Source of the DNA: Octopus vulgaris
Taxonomy: Eukaryota
NCBI GenBank assembly: GCA_951406725.2
Contig: OX597833.1
Coordinates: 15,934,001 to 15,998,000, forward strand
Reading direction: 5' to 3'
DNA: 64,000 nt
Positions within the stretch are counted from its first letter, which is position 1, and the number at the start of each line of letters is the position of its first letter. The notes beneath the pieces are model-generated. The model saw only the letters and a list, made by a program, of their open reading frames with translations, was not told the origin of the DNA and made no database searches. A program made the position numbers and the translations under genes. Positions 28,684-42,571 of this stretch are shown piece after piece.

Positions 28684-29053
28684 GAAGCATTCCGTCGATT
28701 ACGACGACGAGGGTTCCGGTTGATCCGATCAACGGAACAGCCTGCTCGTGAAATTAACGTGTAAGTGGCTGAGCACTCCACAGACACGTGTACCCTTAAC
28801 GTAGTTCTCGGGGATATTCAGCGTGACACAGAGAGTGACAAGGCTGGCCCTTTGAAATACAGGTACAACAGAAACAGGAAATAAGAGTGGGAGAAAGAGT
28901 ACAGCAGGGATCACCACCATCCCCTGCCGGAGCCTCGTGGAGCTTTAGGTGTTTTCGCTCAATAAACACTCACAACGCCCGGTCTGGGAATCGAAACCGT
29001 GATCCTACGACCGCGAGTCCGCTGCCCTAACCACTGGGCTATTGAGCCTCCAC
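28684..29053 (-). mobile_element. Family B SINE
   Basis: TSD TACAGAAAGAAG at 28668-28679 and 29054-29065. Confidence 0.9.
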
Positions 29054-32000
29054 TACAGAAAGAAGATACAAGCACTAGCTAGATTCATATTGGCTGCAAC
29101 TGTTTCAGCCGTCAAACATGAGCCCAACGAAAACACATCTTCGGATCAAAGTCCCCTTCTACACCTATCTTATGGAGTGTTGAATGAATCTCATAGGAAC
29201 TACCCAAATTTGTGATGCCTGAATGACACGACGTTTGACAAGCCTAATGCAGTTCGTGAGCTCCGCAGCTTAAATACTCAAGTCAGTATTTATTTCATTT
29301 CAGATTTGAACTTCTTCCTAAGGTTCTCCTAGAACTGGTCAACAATCTTTAAGATGACACAGTTTCAAATAATCCAAACTGCAACAAGTTATTTCATACA
29401 TCTGTCAAGACACCAATGAATAAGTCTGCCACATCGCTACACGCAATAAAACTTGTAGGCATTATTACCCATTTCCGCTTCATTGTACCTCGTACAACTT
29501 TCAGATATTTCCTGTATCTCAAATGCCATTTTAGGCGTTTTGCAACACTTCATTTTCATTTCGTTGATGGGATTATTGGAATATTGTTGCCGAAGGAAAG
29601 AATGTTTATTTCTTCCCGCAAAGCACTCGGGGGATGCATTGCTAAAAAGCTGTACACGTTTGCCTAAAATAAGATAGCACGGCCTTGCTGTTACGTCAAC
29701 GGATGCCTCGATATTTATGTTTCAAATGAAAGAAACCTCTTATGGCGAGCAAATAGTTTATGATGCATGTCCTAATAACCTATTTTAAACTCACCACTAG
29801 CTTCGCCCTAATATACGGTTTCCTATCATTGTAGTCTTGCTAAACCTAATCGGTTGTTCTCTAAACCGTCTTTATCATTATAGGGAAAGCTTAGTTGAAA
29901 CAGAGAAGAAATAGCCTAAATTTCATGAGAAAAATGTTTTTAATTAATCCATATTTGCTCAATTATATAGCTTATCTTCTTCCTATAAATTTTCTGTACC
30001 AGGAACGACAAGTTCTTTGTAGCCAATCCAAGTTTTAACTGTCACCTTTTAAAATATGTTTGCTACAATTATCTTAAAATCTGCTGAGGGAATAATTCAT
30101 TTCCTTAAAGAAGTACAAAAAAGAAATTGAATAAATTCCCCGCTCCCAATAAAGTCTTCAAATATATAATTAATTTCATTATTCACATTAAAGAAGGTAT
30201 CAAATAAATAAACTCATATACAATTTATGATATGCTGTATATAAAATGGGCAACGAATTATGTGAGAGCATAAATATACAAAAACATGGACTGGGGTTCA
30301 ATCCCAGTATGTGCGTTCGATATGTTCGAATAGCTGTCAAATCTCCCTCATTTCATTTTCTATTATGTAAAATGTGGGGAAAACATACTGGGTAATACAG
30401 TTACATGTAACCTTAAATTTTGTAGGATTTTCTTTGATCATGACCTTCTCCATTATAGCAGTGCTGGGGCAAAACAATAGCAACATCTATAAAATTAGTG
30501 GTGTAGAAAGTAACAAATTTATAAAATATGCAACGAAAGGTAATCTCTCTGAACGTACGGCACCTAGGTAGGATCAGAGTGTCTTAAAACCTCGACAACT
30601 TTCAGCTGCAAAATATAGACCAAAATTTAAAGAAGACTCTCCATTTTCCTACATTTCAGTTTTGCGACTTGAGGCAAACAACATCATTCCTGCCTGTGTC
30701 ATTGCCAAAGGAAAGCGAAAGAATGAGCATTATACATTACTCAGCTGACACCGGTTTGGACTACATCCTGGTGGAACAGTCGTTCATCTTCTGTGCACAT
30801 CATAACCAAGCCCGAATCCTAATTTACATACATCTACGTATGGATTTTTAAATTCAGTTTAGGATTTCAGAAATTTGTCCTTAGTCTCTGGACCAAAGAT
30901 TATCTGGAATACACGAATTAGTTACTCTACTCACGTTTTCCCTGTCAACGTCATCGCTCGTGCACACCACTGATCATTCCTAGAGAGAAAATTGCTACTT
31001 GAATGAAGTATATATCATACATACATAGCAAAATATATTCCTTACCATAGAACTTTACAGTAATGATGAACCTGTTATAACCAATATATGCTCGGTGTGG
31101 CAAGGTTAAAATCATGAAAAAAGATATTTTAATTATTATAAATGCACACATTCAAATAATAAATGTCGTTTGAGCAACACTAGGCTTAAACACCGGCAAT
31201 TGCAGCCCTAGAGTATAACAAGCGACAAAAATTATATAAACAGGGGCTTCAACCATCCGCTCACTATCATACACAATATGACAGAGAGTATTTGACAATG
31301 AATATCTAAAATTCTATCTACCTTTGTCATATGTTTAAATGATCACCCAATACCACAACAGAAATCGAGTTAGTGGTGGTTTTAACAGCAAACAGAAATA
31401 CAAACTACAACCCACAGCAAATAACTCCAAACTTCAGAAGGGAGAATTACCTGCTTTAATCTTCAATGGAGTTAAAGCAAAACTATTCCTTCCACTAAGT
31501 AGTCATTCCCTTTCTTCAAAATTGACATGATGAAAACTTCGAAATATTCTAAAGTCAGTCAGAGTTATATAGGTATCACCGAAATTCAAATCTCTAACCA
31601 TAGCCATAAATTTAGAAATACAAGAAAATTAAGATTACAGAGAACAGGTGTAGAATTGGTAGAATGTATTGTAAAGAAACATCAATCAGAATAAGCGATA
31701 ATTCCTTTAACTGTAACGAAGTTTTGAAAATATATGTGATTTCCGAAGTGCGTAGATAGCAACTCCAAAATAAAAGAGACGATTGTAGTAAAAATTAAAA
31801 TAATATAAAGTCTGTGAAGGACATTGTCAACTGTGCGTAACTGAAAATCTCCAGATTAGACTCAAACGGGTCTCTTTTTATATAGAAAATTAGACATCTT
31901 CATGTCTTTACGTTAAACTAAAGAAATATAAACTAAAAGCTTACCGGGACTATTCCAGTACCAGAAAATTTCGAACTATGAGCTGTGTCGTTACGCATAA

Positions 32001-33513
32001 ATTTAATTGGGTCCATCATACCTATTTCTTTACTACCCACAAGGGGCTAAACACAGAGAGGACAAACAAGGACATACAGACGGATTAAGTCGATTACCCA
32101 GTGCGTAACTAGTACTTAATATATTGACCTCGAAAGGATGAAAGGCAAAGTCGACCTCCGCGGAACTTGAAATTAGAACGTAACGGCAGACGAAATACGG
32201 CTGCACATTTCGCCCTGTGTGCTAACGTTTCTGCCAGCTCGCCACCTTACTTGGGTCCATCATATTGACCACACATGCACATACAAACACAGGCTCAAGC
32301 CATGGGCTCCTATTTTCCTCCCTTTGCTGTGGTTATGGCTGTTATCAAATTATCGAATGCATTATCAAATTACATTATCAAATATCGTGTAATAATTTTA
32401 TTTTCTTTGCAAATCGATGTTGTTTTCTAGCATTTTAAAAACATTTTGTTTTAAATTCCCAGCTAAGCTGCTTCATAATCTTCTTATTCTTTGAAGACAC
32501 GTTTGAGATGCTGATGGTTTGGTCACCCAGAGAGGAATTTAGATTAAGTTTGTTGCTTTCATATTTCATGCGTTGTGGCTAACCTCTAGCTATTATCCAT
32601 GTTCAAGTCATCTTTTGATATTTCATTCATTTCTTGTGATAAACACATCGAAAAGTTATAAAGAGTTTTTAACGCATGAGAAATAATTAGACTGGAGTTT
32701 TGTTGGCGATTTTGTTTATTGATTGTTTGATTGGCTGATCTCCAGTTAATTCAGATGTGAAGTCTTCTAACGTAATATTTAGTCACCATTTCGTTTCACA
32801 ATTTACTCAGTGTTGTATGCTTCATAAACACAGCGGTCGATTGATGAATTACAATAGATGGCCTCGATTAGTGTTGAAACAGCTTTATACCAAGGTTTCA
32901 TTCTGTTTCTCTTTTCAAACAAAGTCCAAAGTTTCGTTTATTTTCATATATTTATCGATATATTTAGCTAGTAAGTCAATCCTGTTTTGCTAAGCTACGT
33001 ATCTCCTCAAGGAAAATATGATCGCACAGAACTGTATTCTATAGAAACAGTAATATTTCTTTATCATGCATTTTTATGACCAATGGCTAACATTAAATAC
33101 AATGAACGTCACTGTTTAATAATGACAGATGGCAACGATTTGGGGGAAATGATATTTGAAAACAGAATAATAATGTTCAAAATGGTCTGTGGCTGAACAA
33201 ATAGTTGTCTTTCGGGACGAAAATTACAGCAGTAATATTTATCATTTTGAACACAGGATATTGTCCTATGTCTTTATATGTTTAAAGAATATTGGCGAGA
33301 AAAACATACAAACATTTGTAAAATCGAATAAAAGAACAGGGACATGTCCACCGTCATACGGACACACGGGCACACACATATGTGTGTACATAATTGCAGC
33401 TATAAAAATATATATGAGTATGTATGTCTGTGTGTGTATCGGGAGAAATGAGAAGGAGAGAGAGAGAGAGGGGGGAGCAGATACACTGACACAGGAACAG
33501 ATAGATGGATAGG

Positions 33514-33545
<32 letters not shown>

Positions 33546-33555
33546 TATATAGATC

Positions 33556-33638
<83 letters not shown>

Positions 33639-34013
33639 GACTTTCTTTATAGGCCACACATGGCTGAACACAGAGGGGCCAAATACAAATGTAGAGTTTT
33701 TCTTTTCGAAAATGGAAAAGAAAAAAGAAAAAAGGGAACTAATGTAAAATTTGGGATCGGGGGAAAAACAAGAAAAAAAGAAAAGAAAAAAGGGATCAAA
33801 AGGGATCGTGTATCACAGAAGAAAGTTTTAAAATGTAAGAAACAAGATTAGGCTTATCTGTGGAAAGAAAAGCCTACGGAAAAGACCACGGTAACCTCAG
33901 GCAGGGAAGAAATAAACACATGAGAACAAAGTGCTCTCTCTTTCTCTCTCTCTTTTTACGATTTACAGAATTATGCTCAAAGTGGTTTCTTTGCTACATT
34001 AACCCACCTTCAT

Positions 34014-34107
<94 letters not shown>

Positions 34108-35015
34108 TTGGCGGCAATAGTACCAGGTAATAATAGTAATTTAAGTTACATTTAATGGACGCGTGAAAATATATCTCAAAACGAGTCGAGCTACATAAAA
34201 CAACGATTGAAAGAAGCTGAAAATATTTATTTCCTTATTTTCATATTATTCTTAATTATCATTTAATTAATTTCGTATTATTCTCAGTTATTATTTAATT
34301 AATTTCGTATTATTCTTAATACTTTCAGAACATTTTTTATTGATATTTTATGTTGCTTCTAACTATATGAATAGCCTTCTATATGAATAGCCTAGTGGTT
34401 AGGGCAGCGGACTCGCGGTCGCAGGATCGCGGTTTCGATTCCCAGACAGGGCGTTGTGAGTGTTTATTGAGCTAAAAGCTCGACGAGGCTCCGGCAGGGG
34501 GTGGTGATCCCTGCTGTACTCTTTCACCACTCTTTCTTCTGTTGGCCTGCTCGCTTAGCCAGCGGGGTGGCATCATTCGAAGGCTAAAACAATGCGAACG
34601 CATTGTGACCAGCGATGTGTAACAACATCTGGTGGTCTGGTCGGTCACGTGATCACGTGATATATATATAAATATATACATATATATTCATACAAAATTT
34701 AGAGGAATGACCCCTAAAGTGGACACCTAATATGCTAAACATAGACGTCAAATCGCCAATACCACGAATAACGTCTATGTTTAGCATATTTGGTGTTCAC
34801 TTTAGTGGTTATTCCTTTGAAATTTCTATTTCATTCGTAAACCCCCATGTACAACAAGGAATAAAATCTTCTAAAGAAAATATGGATTTACAATAGGTTC
34901 AATGTCATGATTAGTGCAAGCGAAACCTGTCGACACACACAATAACTTTTTACTTATAAAATATATTTTTTAAAAATTAAAACTATGTAAACTGGGTGCA
35001 TTTCCCTTCTTTTAT

Positions 35016-35091
<76 letters not shown>

Positions 35092-36298
35092 CGTGTATAT
35101 GAAGCGTGTGTGTATGTATATATTATATATACACACACGGCAACGCTTTGGTAGGCCCAAGGCTATAGTGGAAGACACTTGCCCAAGGTCTTCGCAGTGC
35201 TACTGAACACGAAAACATGTGGTTGAGAAGCAAGCGTCTTACTACACAGCCTCTCCTACCCCCTTTCTAAATACGTTTCTCCCAAAACATTTTATAGCAC
35301 GTGGTGTGCTTGGAGATAATCACTTCTAGATAAATCAATAGAATGGATAGATGTTTGAATTCTAAACCCAAGAGTAACAAACAAAACGCACCGAATACAT
35401 ATATGTATATGTTTCTTTATTACCCACAAGGGGCTAAACACAGAGGGAACAAACAAGGACAGACAAAGGGATTAAGTCGATTACATCGACCCCAGTGCGA
35501 AACCGGTACTTTATTTATCGACCCCGAAAGGATGAAAGGCAAAGTCAACCTCGGCGGAATTTGAACTCAGAACGTAACGACAGACGAAATACTGCTAGGC
35601 ATTTTGCCCGGCGTGCTAACGATTCTGCCAGCTTGCCGCCTTCTTTTGCCCGTATATGTATATGTGAGTGTGTGTGTTTGGGTGTGTTTAATATTGTTCT
35701 ATTTACTACAAAGATGATATAATACTTTATTTCCTTTATCGGGGGAAACCTGCATCATATGAATGTCTGTGTGTTTGCATGAACTTGGGTGTAAGACTGT
35801 GTACATCATTCTGATTTTCTTCCATCATCACTCTCTTCGTTTCTTCTTCACCTTCACTTTATCTTTCACCCTCTCTCTTTCTCTCTGTCTTAAGAGATTA
35901 ACCCTGGTATTTTCCACAAATTTCTTTCTTACATCGTTGTTAAATGCAATGATGAATCAAACAGAAACGTCCTTATCAAGCTTATCAGAGAAACTCAATT
36001 AATAATCTCTAATTTATACGCCATGACAGAACTGAAGTGCGCAACCCTTAAGATCTATACTTCCCTTATAAGAAGCATGAGTTTAATTGCGATAGTAAGA
36101 TTTCTGTTTCACTAATTAATTACGCGGAATCGTCAAAAGAAACATAACTAAACCGTTATTAGAGAAAATCATTCCCTACCTCAATGCAATAAGTATTATT
36201 ACTGTTGAACAACAAATATGTTGTCATTGAAAATCTTCTATCACCTTTTTGACTCTATTACAAATATTAGAGAGAAAGAAAAGGAAATTATTTTACAA

Positions 36299-36471
36299 TA
36301 GACGCAGGAGTGGCTGTGTGGTAAATAGCTTGCTTACCAACCACATAGTTCTGGGTTCAGTCCCACAGCATGACATGTTGGGCAAGTGTCTTCTACTATA
36401 GCCTCGGGCCGACCAAAGCCTTGTGAGTGGATTTGGTAGACGGAAACTGAAAGAAGCTTGTCGTATATATG

Positions 36472-36502
<31 letters not shown>

Positions 36503-36711
36503 ATTTGTGTGTCTGTGTTTGTCCCCCAACATCGCTTGACAACTAATGCTGGTGTGTTTAAGTCCCCGTAACTTAGCGGTTCAGCAAAAGAGACCGATAG
36601 AATAAGTGCTAGGCTTACAAAGAATAAGTCCTGGGATCGATTTGCTCGACTAAAGGCGGTGCTCCTGCATGGCCGCATTCAAATGACTGAAACAACAAAA
36701 GAGTAAAGAGT
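36299..36711 (+). mobile_element. Family C SINE (others at 38806-39143, 47555-47690, 56221-56617 on -, 63722-63885)
   Basis: Same head, body and tail as the other family C copies. Confidence 0.88.
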
Positions 36712-36932
36712 AAACTATGACAAAACAGTCTATGTTACAGAACGGTGAAATATCCTTTTTACTTTGAGCATGGGTGTCACTGCCGCCGCAGAGATTTGTA
36801 AACAAGTTGGCTGGTTTTTGCTAACTTAAAATCTAAATCTGCTTTTAGGACCGCGTTTGTCTATTCATACATTTACTAAAATATTACCCTACTTGAACCA
36901 ATGCAATAATTGTGTCGAGGATACAGAGCGCC

Positions 36933-37280
36933 TTATGAGATACACTCGCCTCTTTATGAGAGCTCAAAATCTCTCGTGGAAACGTCATCCAACCAAAATG
37001 CAAATATATGGGAAACTACCACCTGTATCATCTCTTGTGAAAGGTAGGGGAGTCTAGTTTGCTGGACATTATTGTAGAGCTGAAAACGAGATAATTTCTA
37101 CTCTTTTCCACTGGAAGCCATCTACTCGCAATACCAGAGGGCGCACACTCTCCTACCCTGATGTAATCTCCAGGGATACAGGCATCCAGCCACAGGACCT
37201 CCGTAATGCTATGATGGACCGGTAAGTCTGGCGTAGCATGGTAAATTCCATTGTCTCGACCACGGTCGAACAATGATGAT
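36933..37280 (+). mobile_element. 5'-truncated RTE-group LINE 3' end with TSD
   Basis: YTRLFMRAQNLSWKRHPT..IYGKLPPVS..VKGR.V.FAGH..RA...LFHWKP...RGR.LSYPDVISRDTG...AMMDR..WR, then a (TGA)n tail. A 13-bp direct repeat GATACAGAGCGCC lies at 36920-36932 and 37281-37293. Confidence 0.85.
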
Positions 37281-37358
37281 GATACAGAGCGCCATTGTAA
37301 CCTGTATTCCTTGTATGACTTTCTCAGGAAGTTAGCCCTTTGAAATTATTTCGAAATA

Positions 37359-37894
37359 TTAGGTTGTCCGGAAAGTTCGTGCCGATTTTTAAAGGAAAGA
37401 AAAAGGTCAAAAAATACTTGCCATTATATTTTTAATCAACCAAATATGAACCATTTTGTTGCACAATGCGTCTCCATCTTTCATTTAACTCTTCCCAGAA
37501 CTGAGGTGGTTTCATGGCAAAGAATTCATCAAGGTATCTTTTTACGTCTTCCAAGGAATTGGAATTTTTACCATTAAGACTATTCTGCAGAGACCAGAAT
37601 AAGTGAGGAGCAATATCTGGTGAATATGGAGGGTGGGGGTTACACATCCCAGCCGAGCTGCAGCAATTTTTGTCTGGTTCCCAAAGCATCAAGAGCGGAA
37701 AATGAATTTTCTTATCTTCCATTTTAAAGGGTTACAGAATTAATACAGGTTATAGGAACATAAACCTTCTTGCAACAAAAGATAGCTTAAACAGTGCTTT
37801 AAACGGAGGTGTAGTCAAATCCTATTTTATGGACTCAACCATGTTCTAAAATAAGTCGAAAGATAAATCGGCACGAACTTTCCGGACAACTTAA
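37359..37894 (-). mobile_element. Internally deleted mariner DNA transposon
   Basis: ~30-bp TIRs TTAGGTTGTCCGGAAAGTTCGTGCCGATTT at both ends, flanked by TA. ORF 37432-37722 carries HPPYSPDIAP..HLFWSLQNSL.GK...L.ERW..IV..NG.Y, the mariner transposase C-terminus. Confidence 0.92.
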
Positions 37895-38059
37895 TATTTA
37901 GGGTTGCAGTAGCGTCTAGATAGTTACAACAGTTATAGTAGTCCCAAATATTTAGAGTAGTCACGGTGTTTAGAGCGGTTGCAGGATTTGAGCAGTAACA
38001 TTCAAAATTCAAAATGATTGTCAGTTACGTTAATCATTTTAATGATTTCTAGCATTCAC

Positions 38060-38275
38060 AGAAAAACCAGCGAAGCAGTTACGATAGGAATACATTGACA
38101 TTAGCGAAGAAGACATACTATTAGCCAAAGATAAGTGGACACAAACTCAAATGCCGGTCCTGAGGGTTTCCCAGCAATCCTCCTCAAATCGTGTAAGCAT
38201 GCCCTGGCAAAACCCATCCAGATTCTCTTCCAGAGCTTTCTTACAAATGGCAAACTGCCAAGCAAGTTGAAGTGG
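38060..38275 (+). mobile_element. CR1/L2/Jockey-type LINE RT N-terminal fragment
   Basis: IDISEEDILLA..KVDTNSNAGPEGFPAILLKSCKHALAKPIQILFQSFLTNGKLPSKLK resembles the 'GPDG.P..LLK.C...LA.PL..LF..S...G..P..WK' motif. Confidence 0.75.
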
Positions 38276-38897
38276 GGGTTTAGGAGCCCATTGACCCAAA
38301 GGCGGCGAGCTGGCAGAAACGTTAGCACGCCGGGCGAAATACGTAGCCGTATTTCGTCTGCCGTTACGTTCTGGGTTCAAATTCCGCCGAGGTCGACTTT
38401 GCCTTTCACCCTTTCAGGGTCGATAAATAAAGTACCAGTTGCGCACTGGGGTCGATGTAATCGACTTAATCCCTTTGTCTGTCCTTGTTTGTCCCCTCTA
38501 TCTTTAGCCCCTTGTGGGCAATAAAGAAATATATATGTGTGTATGTATGTGTGGGCGTGCGTGTGTCTGTGTGTGTCTGTGTGTGTCTATTAATGTTGGT
38601 GTGTGTGTATGTCCGCGTGTGTTCCTCTGTGTGTTTGTGTGCATGGGTTTGTGCGTACGTGTCTCTTGACGAGGAAGGTATTCGCTTTGAAGGATGAACC
38701 ATAGCTAACCAAGATGTGGTGTAGCCAGTTATACCGCCACTTTGAATCTGTGTACTGTAAAAGACTTTGTCTTCTTTAGATAACCAGTTGCCATGTTGAT
38801 TAGTAATGTCGGCCAACCAATGCCTTGTGAGTGGATTTCGTAGACGAAAACTGAAAGAAGCCTGTCGTATATATGTATGTATATATATATATATATA

Positions 38898-38950
<53 letters not shown>

Positions 38951-39245
38951 CTGTGTTTGTCCCCCTAGCATTGCTTGACAACCGATGCTGGTGTGTTTAC
39001 GTCCCCGGCACTTAGCGGTTCGGCAAAAGAGACCGATAGAATAAGTACTGGGCTTACAAAGAATAAGTCCCGGGGTCGATTTACTCGACTAAAAAGGTGG
39101 TACTCCAGCATGGCCGCAGTCAAATGACTAAAACAAGTAAAAGAAAAAAAATTCTTCAAAATTTTGACCTAGTTTCGGACGTTTCAAATGAGTATCGTAC
39201 CCTGTCAGCAAAGCATTTACTTTTCTTATAATAGACTTTAATGTC

Positions 39246-39737
39246 GTAAAGTATACTAGCCATCTCAATATGGCTAACCACTAGGGGTGGGTGTTACTGT
39301 AGCTTTAAGCCCCAGGAGATCATCGTCTCCAGCTGGCTTTAGGCAAACTTTCAGAGATTTACTATTGGGGCTAAATCTCGTTCAGAGATTTATTACTGGG
39401 GCTAAAAGCTACAGTAACACCCACCCTTAATGGTTAGCCATATTGAGATGGCTAGTATACTTTACGTTGTCGAGCGGTTAATGTTTACATCTCGTTCAGA
39501 GATTTATTACTGGGGCTAAAAGCTACAGTAACACCCACCCTTAATGGTTAGCCATATTGAGATGGCTAGTATACTTTACGTTGTCGAGCGGTTAATGTTT
39601 ACATCTCGTTCAGAGATTTATTACTGGGGCTAAAAGCTACAGTAACACCCACCCTTAATGGTTAGCCATATTGAGATGGCTAGTATACTTTACGTTGTCG
39701 AGCGGTTAATGTTTACATCTCGTTCAGAGATTTATTA
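39246..39737. repeat. Complex insertion: forward fragment + inverted 114-bp tandem x3, with a 13-bp flanking direct repeat
   Basis: Units start at 39375, 39489 and 39603, with a partial at 39717. AGACTTTAATGTC lies at 39233-39245 and 39738-39750. Confidence 0.9.
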
Positions 39738-40351
39738 AGACTTTAATGTCATACACGGAAAATCAAATTTTTTCCATAGATTCTCTAGTTCCTGAGGAAT
39801 TAGCTAATTTCTTGCAAGTCTGGATTTTTAAACTTTTGCTAATGCTTTATACCTTCCAATGATACTGGATTTTCTGGGGACTCTAATTAGTTCAGTCAAC
39901 TCATGTTCCGCATTCGTTATTATTTTTCGCTTTTTAACAGACTTTTCAAAGTCAGATGTTTTTGCCAGTTCTTCTTGTTTGCTGCGACTGCTTGACTTGA
40001 CTGCTTAAACGACATGATTGATGTTTGCATTTCACTGATTAAAGCAATATATTTCAATATCTGTAATAGAAAGAATAATGCATTCGTGGATTATCTCAAT
40101 AACAAATAATACTACTCAAGATGTGAAACAACTTTTTACATAATGTATATCTCGTTATTGTTATTTGGCCAGGAGGTAACTTCCGTCATAAATTCTTTAG
40201 AATCTAATAAAACAGTGTGAAGCAATAATACCGGATGTAATGTCAGTTTAACTAAAGCAATGCAAGGGTGACGCATTTGAAAATAAAAATATTAACTGGT
40301 GGGGGAGGTTTTTGAAGGTTTTAAAAAATGAACCCTAATACACACACACAC

Positions 40352-40472
<121 letters not shown>

Positions 40473-40503
40473 TATAATAATAATAATAATTATAATAATA
40501 ATT

Positions 40504-40534
<31 letters not shown>

Positions 40535-40626
40535 TAATATTATTATTAATAATAATAGGGAATATTCCAAATTTACAGGGAAAAATCCAGTTTGGAAATA
40601 CTAAATCAAATTTCACAAAATATAAC

Positions 40627-40660
<34 letters not shown>

Positions 40661-41843
40661 CTGTGACCAACGGGATCGGCTAGGCTATCAGATATTGCTA
40701 CACATCGCTGGTCACAATGCGCATTGCATTGTTTTAGCCTTCAAATGACGCCACCCCGCTGGCTAAGCGAGCAGGCCAACAGAAGCAACAGTAAGAAAAA
40801 GTTGTGGCGAAAGAGTACAGCAGGTATCTCCACCACCCCCTTGCCGGAGCCTCATGGAGCTTTAGGCGTTTTTGCTCAATAAATATTCACAAGACCCGGT
40901 CTGGGAATCGAAACCGCGATTCTACGACAGCAAATCCGCTGCCCTGATCACCGGGCCATAGTCATTATAAACGTATTATAGTTATGCTATTTAGGTTTCT
41001 TTAGTTTTGGGTCGCAACTCCAATCAACCCTCCGGAGGAGCTAACTTAAAAATCCACCCGGAGGTGCGACTCTTAAGCTATTGATTTATAAAGTTAACGA
41101 ATATTTATTTTAATGTATACGTATTACAGGTGTAGGTATAGCTGTGTGGTTTCGAGCTAAATTACTTTTAATATAGCCGGCCATGGTTTGTAAGGGAATT
41201 TTTGACAACTGCGGCGTTTAAGACGACGGAGAACACATGAGTTCTCGTAAAGGGAACTCAATTTCATAATATTCTTTTCTACTCTAAGTACAAGGCCCGA
41301 CATTTTGGGGGAGTGGGCCAGTCGATTAGATCGACCCCAGTACGCAACTGGTACTTAATTTATAGAGCCCGAAAGGATAAAGGCAAAGTCGACCACGATG
41401 GAATTTGGACTCAGAACTTAGCGGCAGACGAATATATATATATATATATATATATATCGTCTATGGTACGAAAGGGCATCAAACTTGACACCAAAGGGCA
41501 GGTCTATAAAATACCCATTTTTATTTCTTTACTGCCCACAAGGGGCTAAACATAGGGGGTCAAACAAGGATAGACAAATGGATTAAGTCGATTAGATCGA
41601 CCCCAGTGCGTAACTGTTACTCATTTAATCCACCCCGAAAGGATGAAAGGCAAAGTCGACCGCGAAGGAATTTGAACTCAGAACGTAAGGACAGACGAAA
41701 TCTCGCTAAGCTTTTCGCCCGGTTTGCTAACGTTTCTGCCAGCTCGCCGCCTTAACGCAATTACATGATATGCCCACCCTAGGCAACAGCTGATACCCTT
41801 TTTAACTTTTATAGTGTAACAGAATGAGGAGTTATGTGCCTCA

Positions 41844-42226
41844 AGGAGGCGCAATAGCCCAGTGGTTAGGGCAGCGGACTCGCGGTCATAGGATCGCGGT
41901 TTCGATTCCCAGACCGGGCGTTGTGAGTGTTTATTGAGCGAAAACACCTAAAGCTCCACGAGGCTCCGTCAGGGGATGGTGGTGATCCCTGCTGTACTCT
42001 TTCACCACAACTTTCTCTCACTCTTACTTCCTGTTTCTGTTGTACCTGTATTTCAAAGGGCCGGCCTTGTCACTCTCTGTGTCACGCTGAATATCCCCGA
42101 GAACTACGTTAAGGGTACACGTGTCTGTGGAGTGCTCAGCCACTTACACGTTAATTTCACGAGCAGGCTGTTCCATTGATTCGGATCAACCGGAACCCTC
42201 GTCGTCGTAACCGACGGAGTGCTTCC
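41844..42226 (+). mobile_element. Family B SINE
   Basis: Full length, with TSD TAT(G/A)TGCCTCA. Confidence 0.9.
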
Positions 42227-42571
42227 TATATGCCTCACGCAAGGGGAAAAACAAGCTACCCGTTCCTGTATTCGAACTCACAACTTTATGAATTGGAGCC
42301 AAGGGCAATAATCCCCGACACGCGCTATTTCAGTAAATGTGTGTATGTATGAGTATATGTATGTATGAGCGATAAAATGAACCGAGGATGCATATTAAGA
42401 AATCCAAATGCACGGAGTTTGATGATTAAGCTAAATCCAAGAAGCGTAGAATTACATCAGGTTTGTACTTAATCTGGAATAAGCCGTTCAATGCGTTCAA
42501 CGTAAATAAATTGCTTTCTGCCAGATAAGCGTAATGCGGTTCTATATTTAAGAGCGGAGGAATCATGTACA

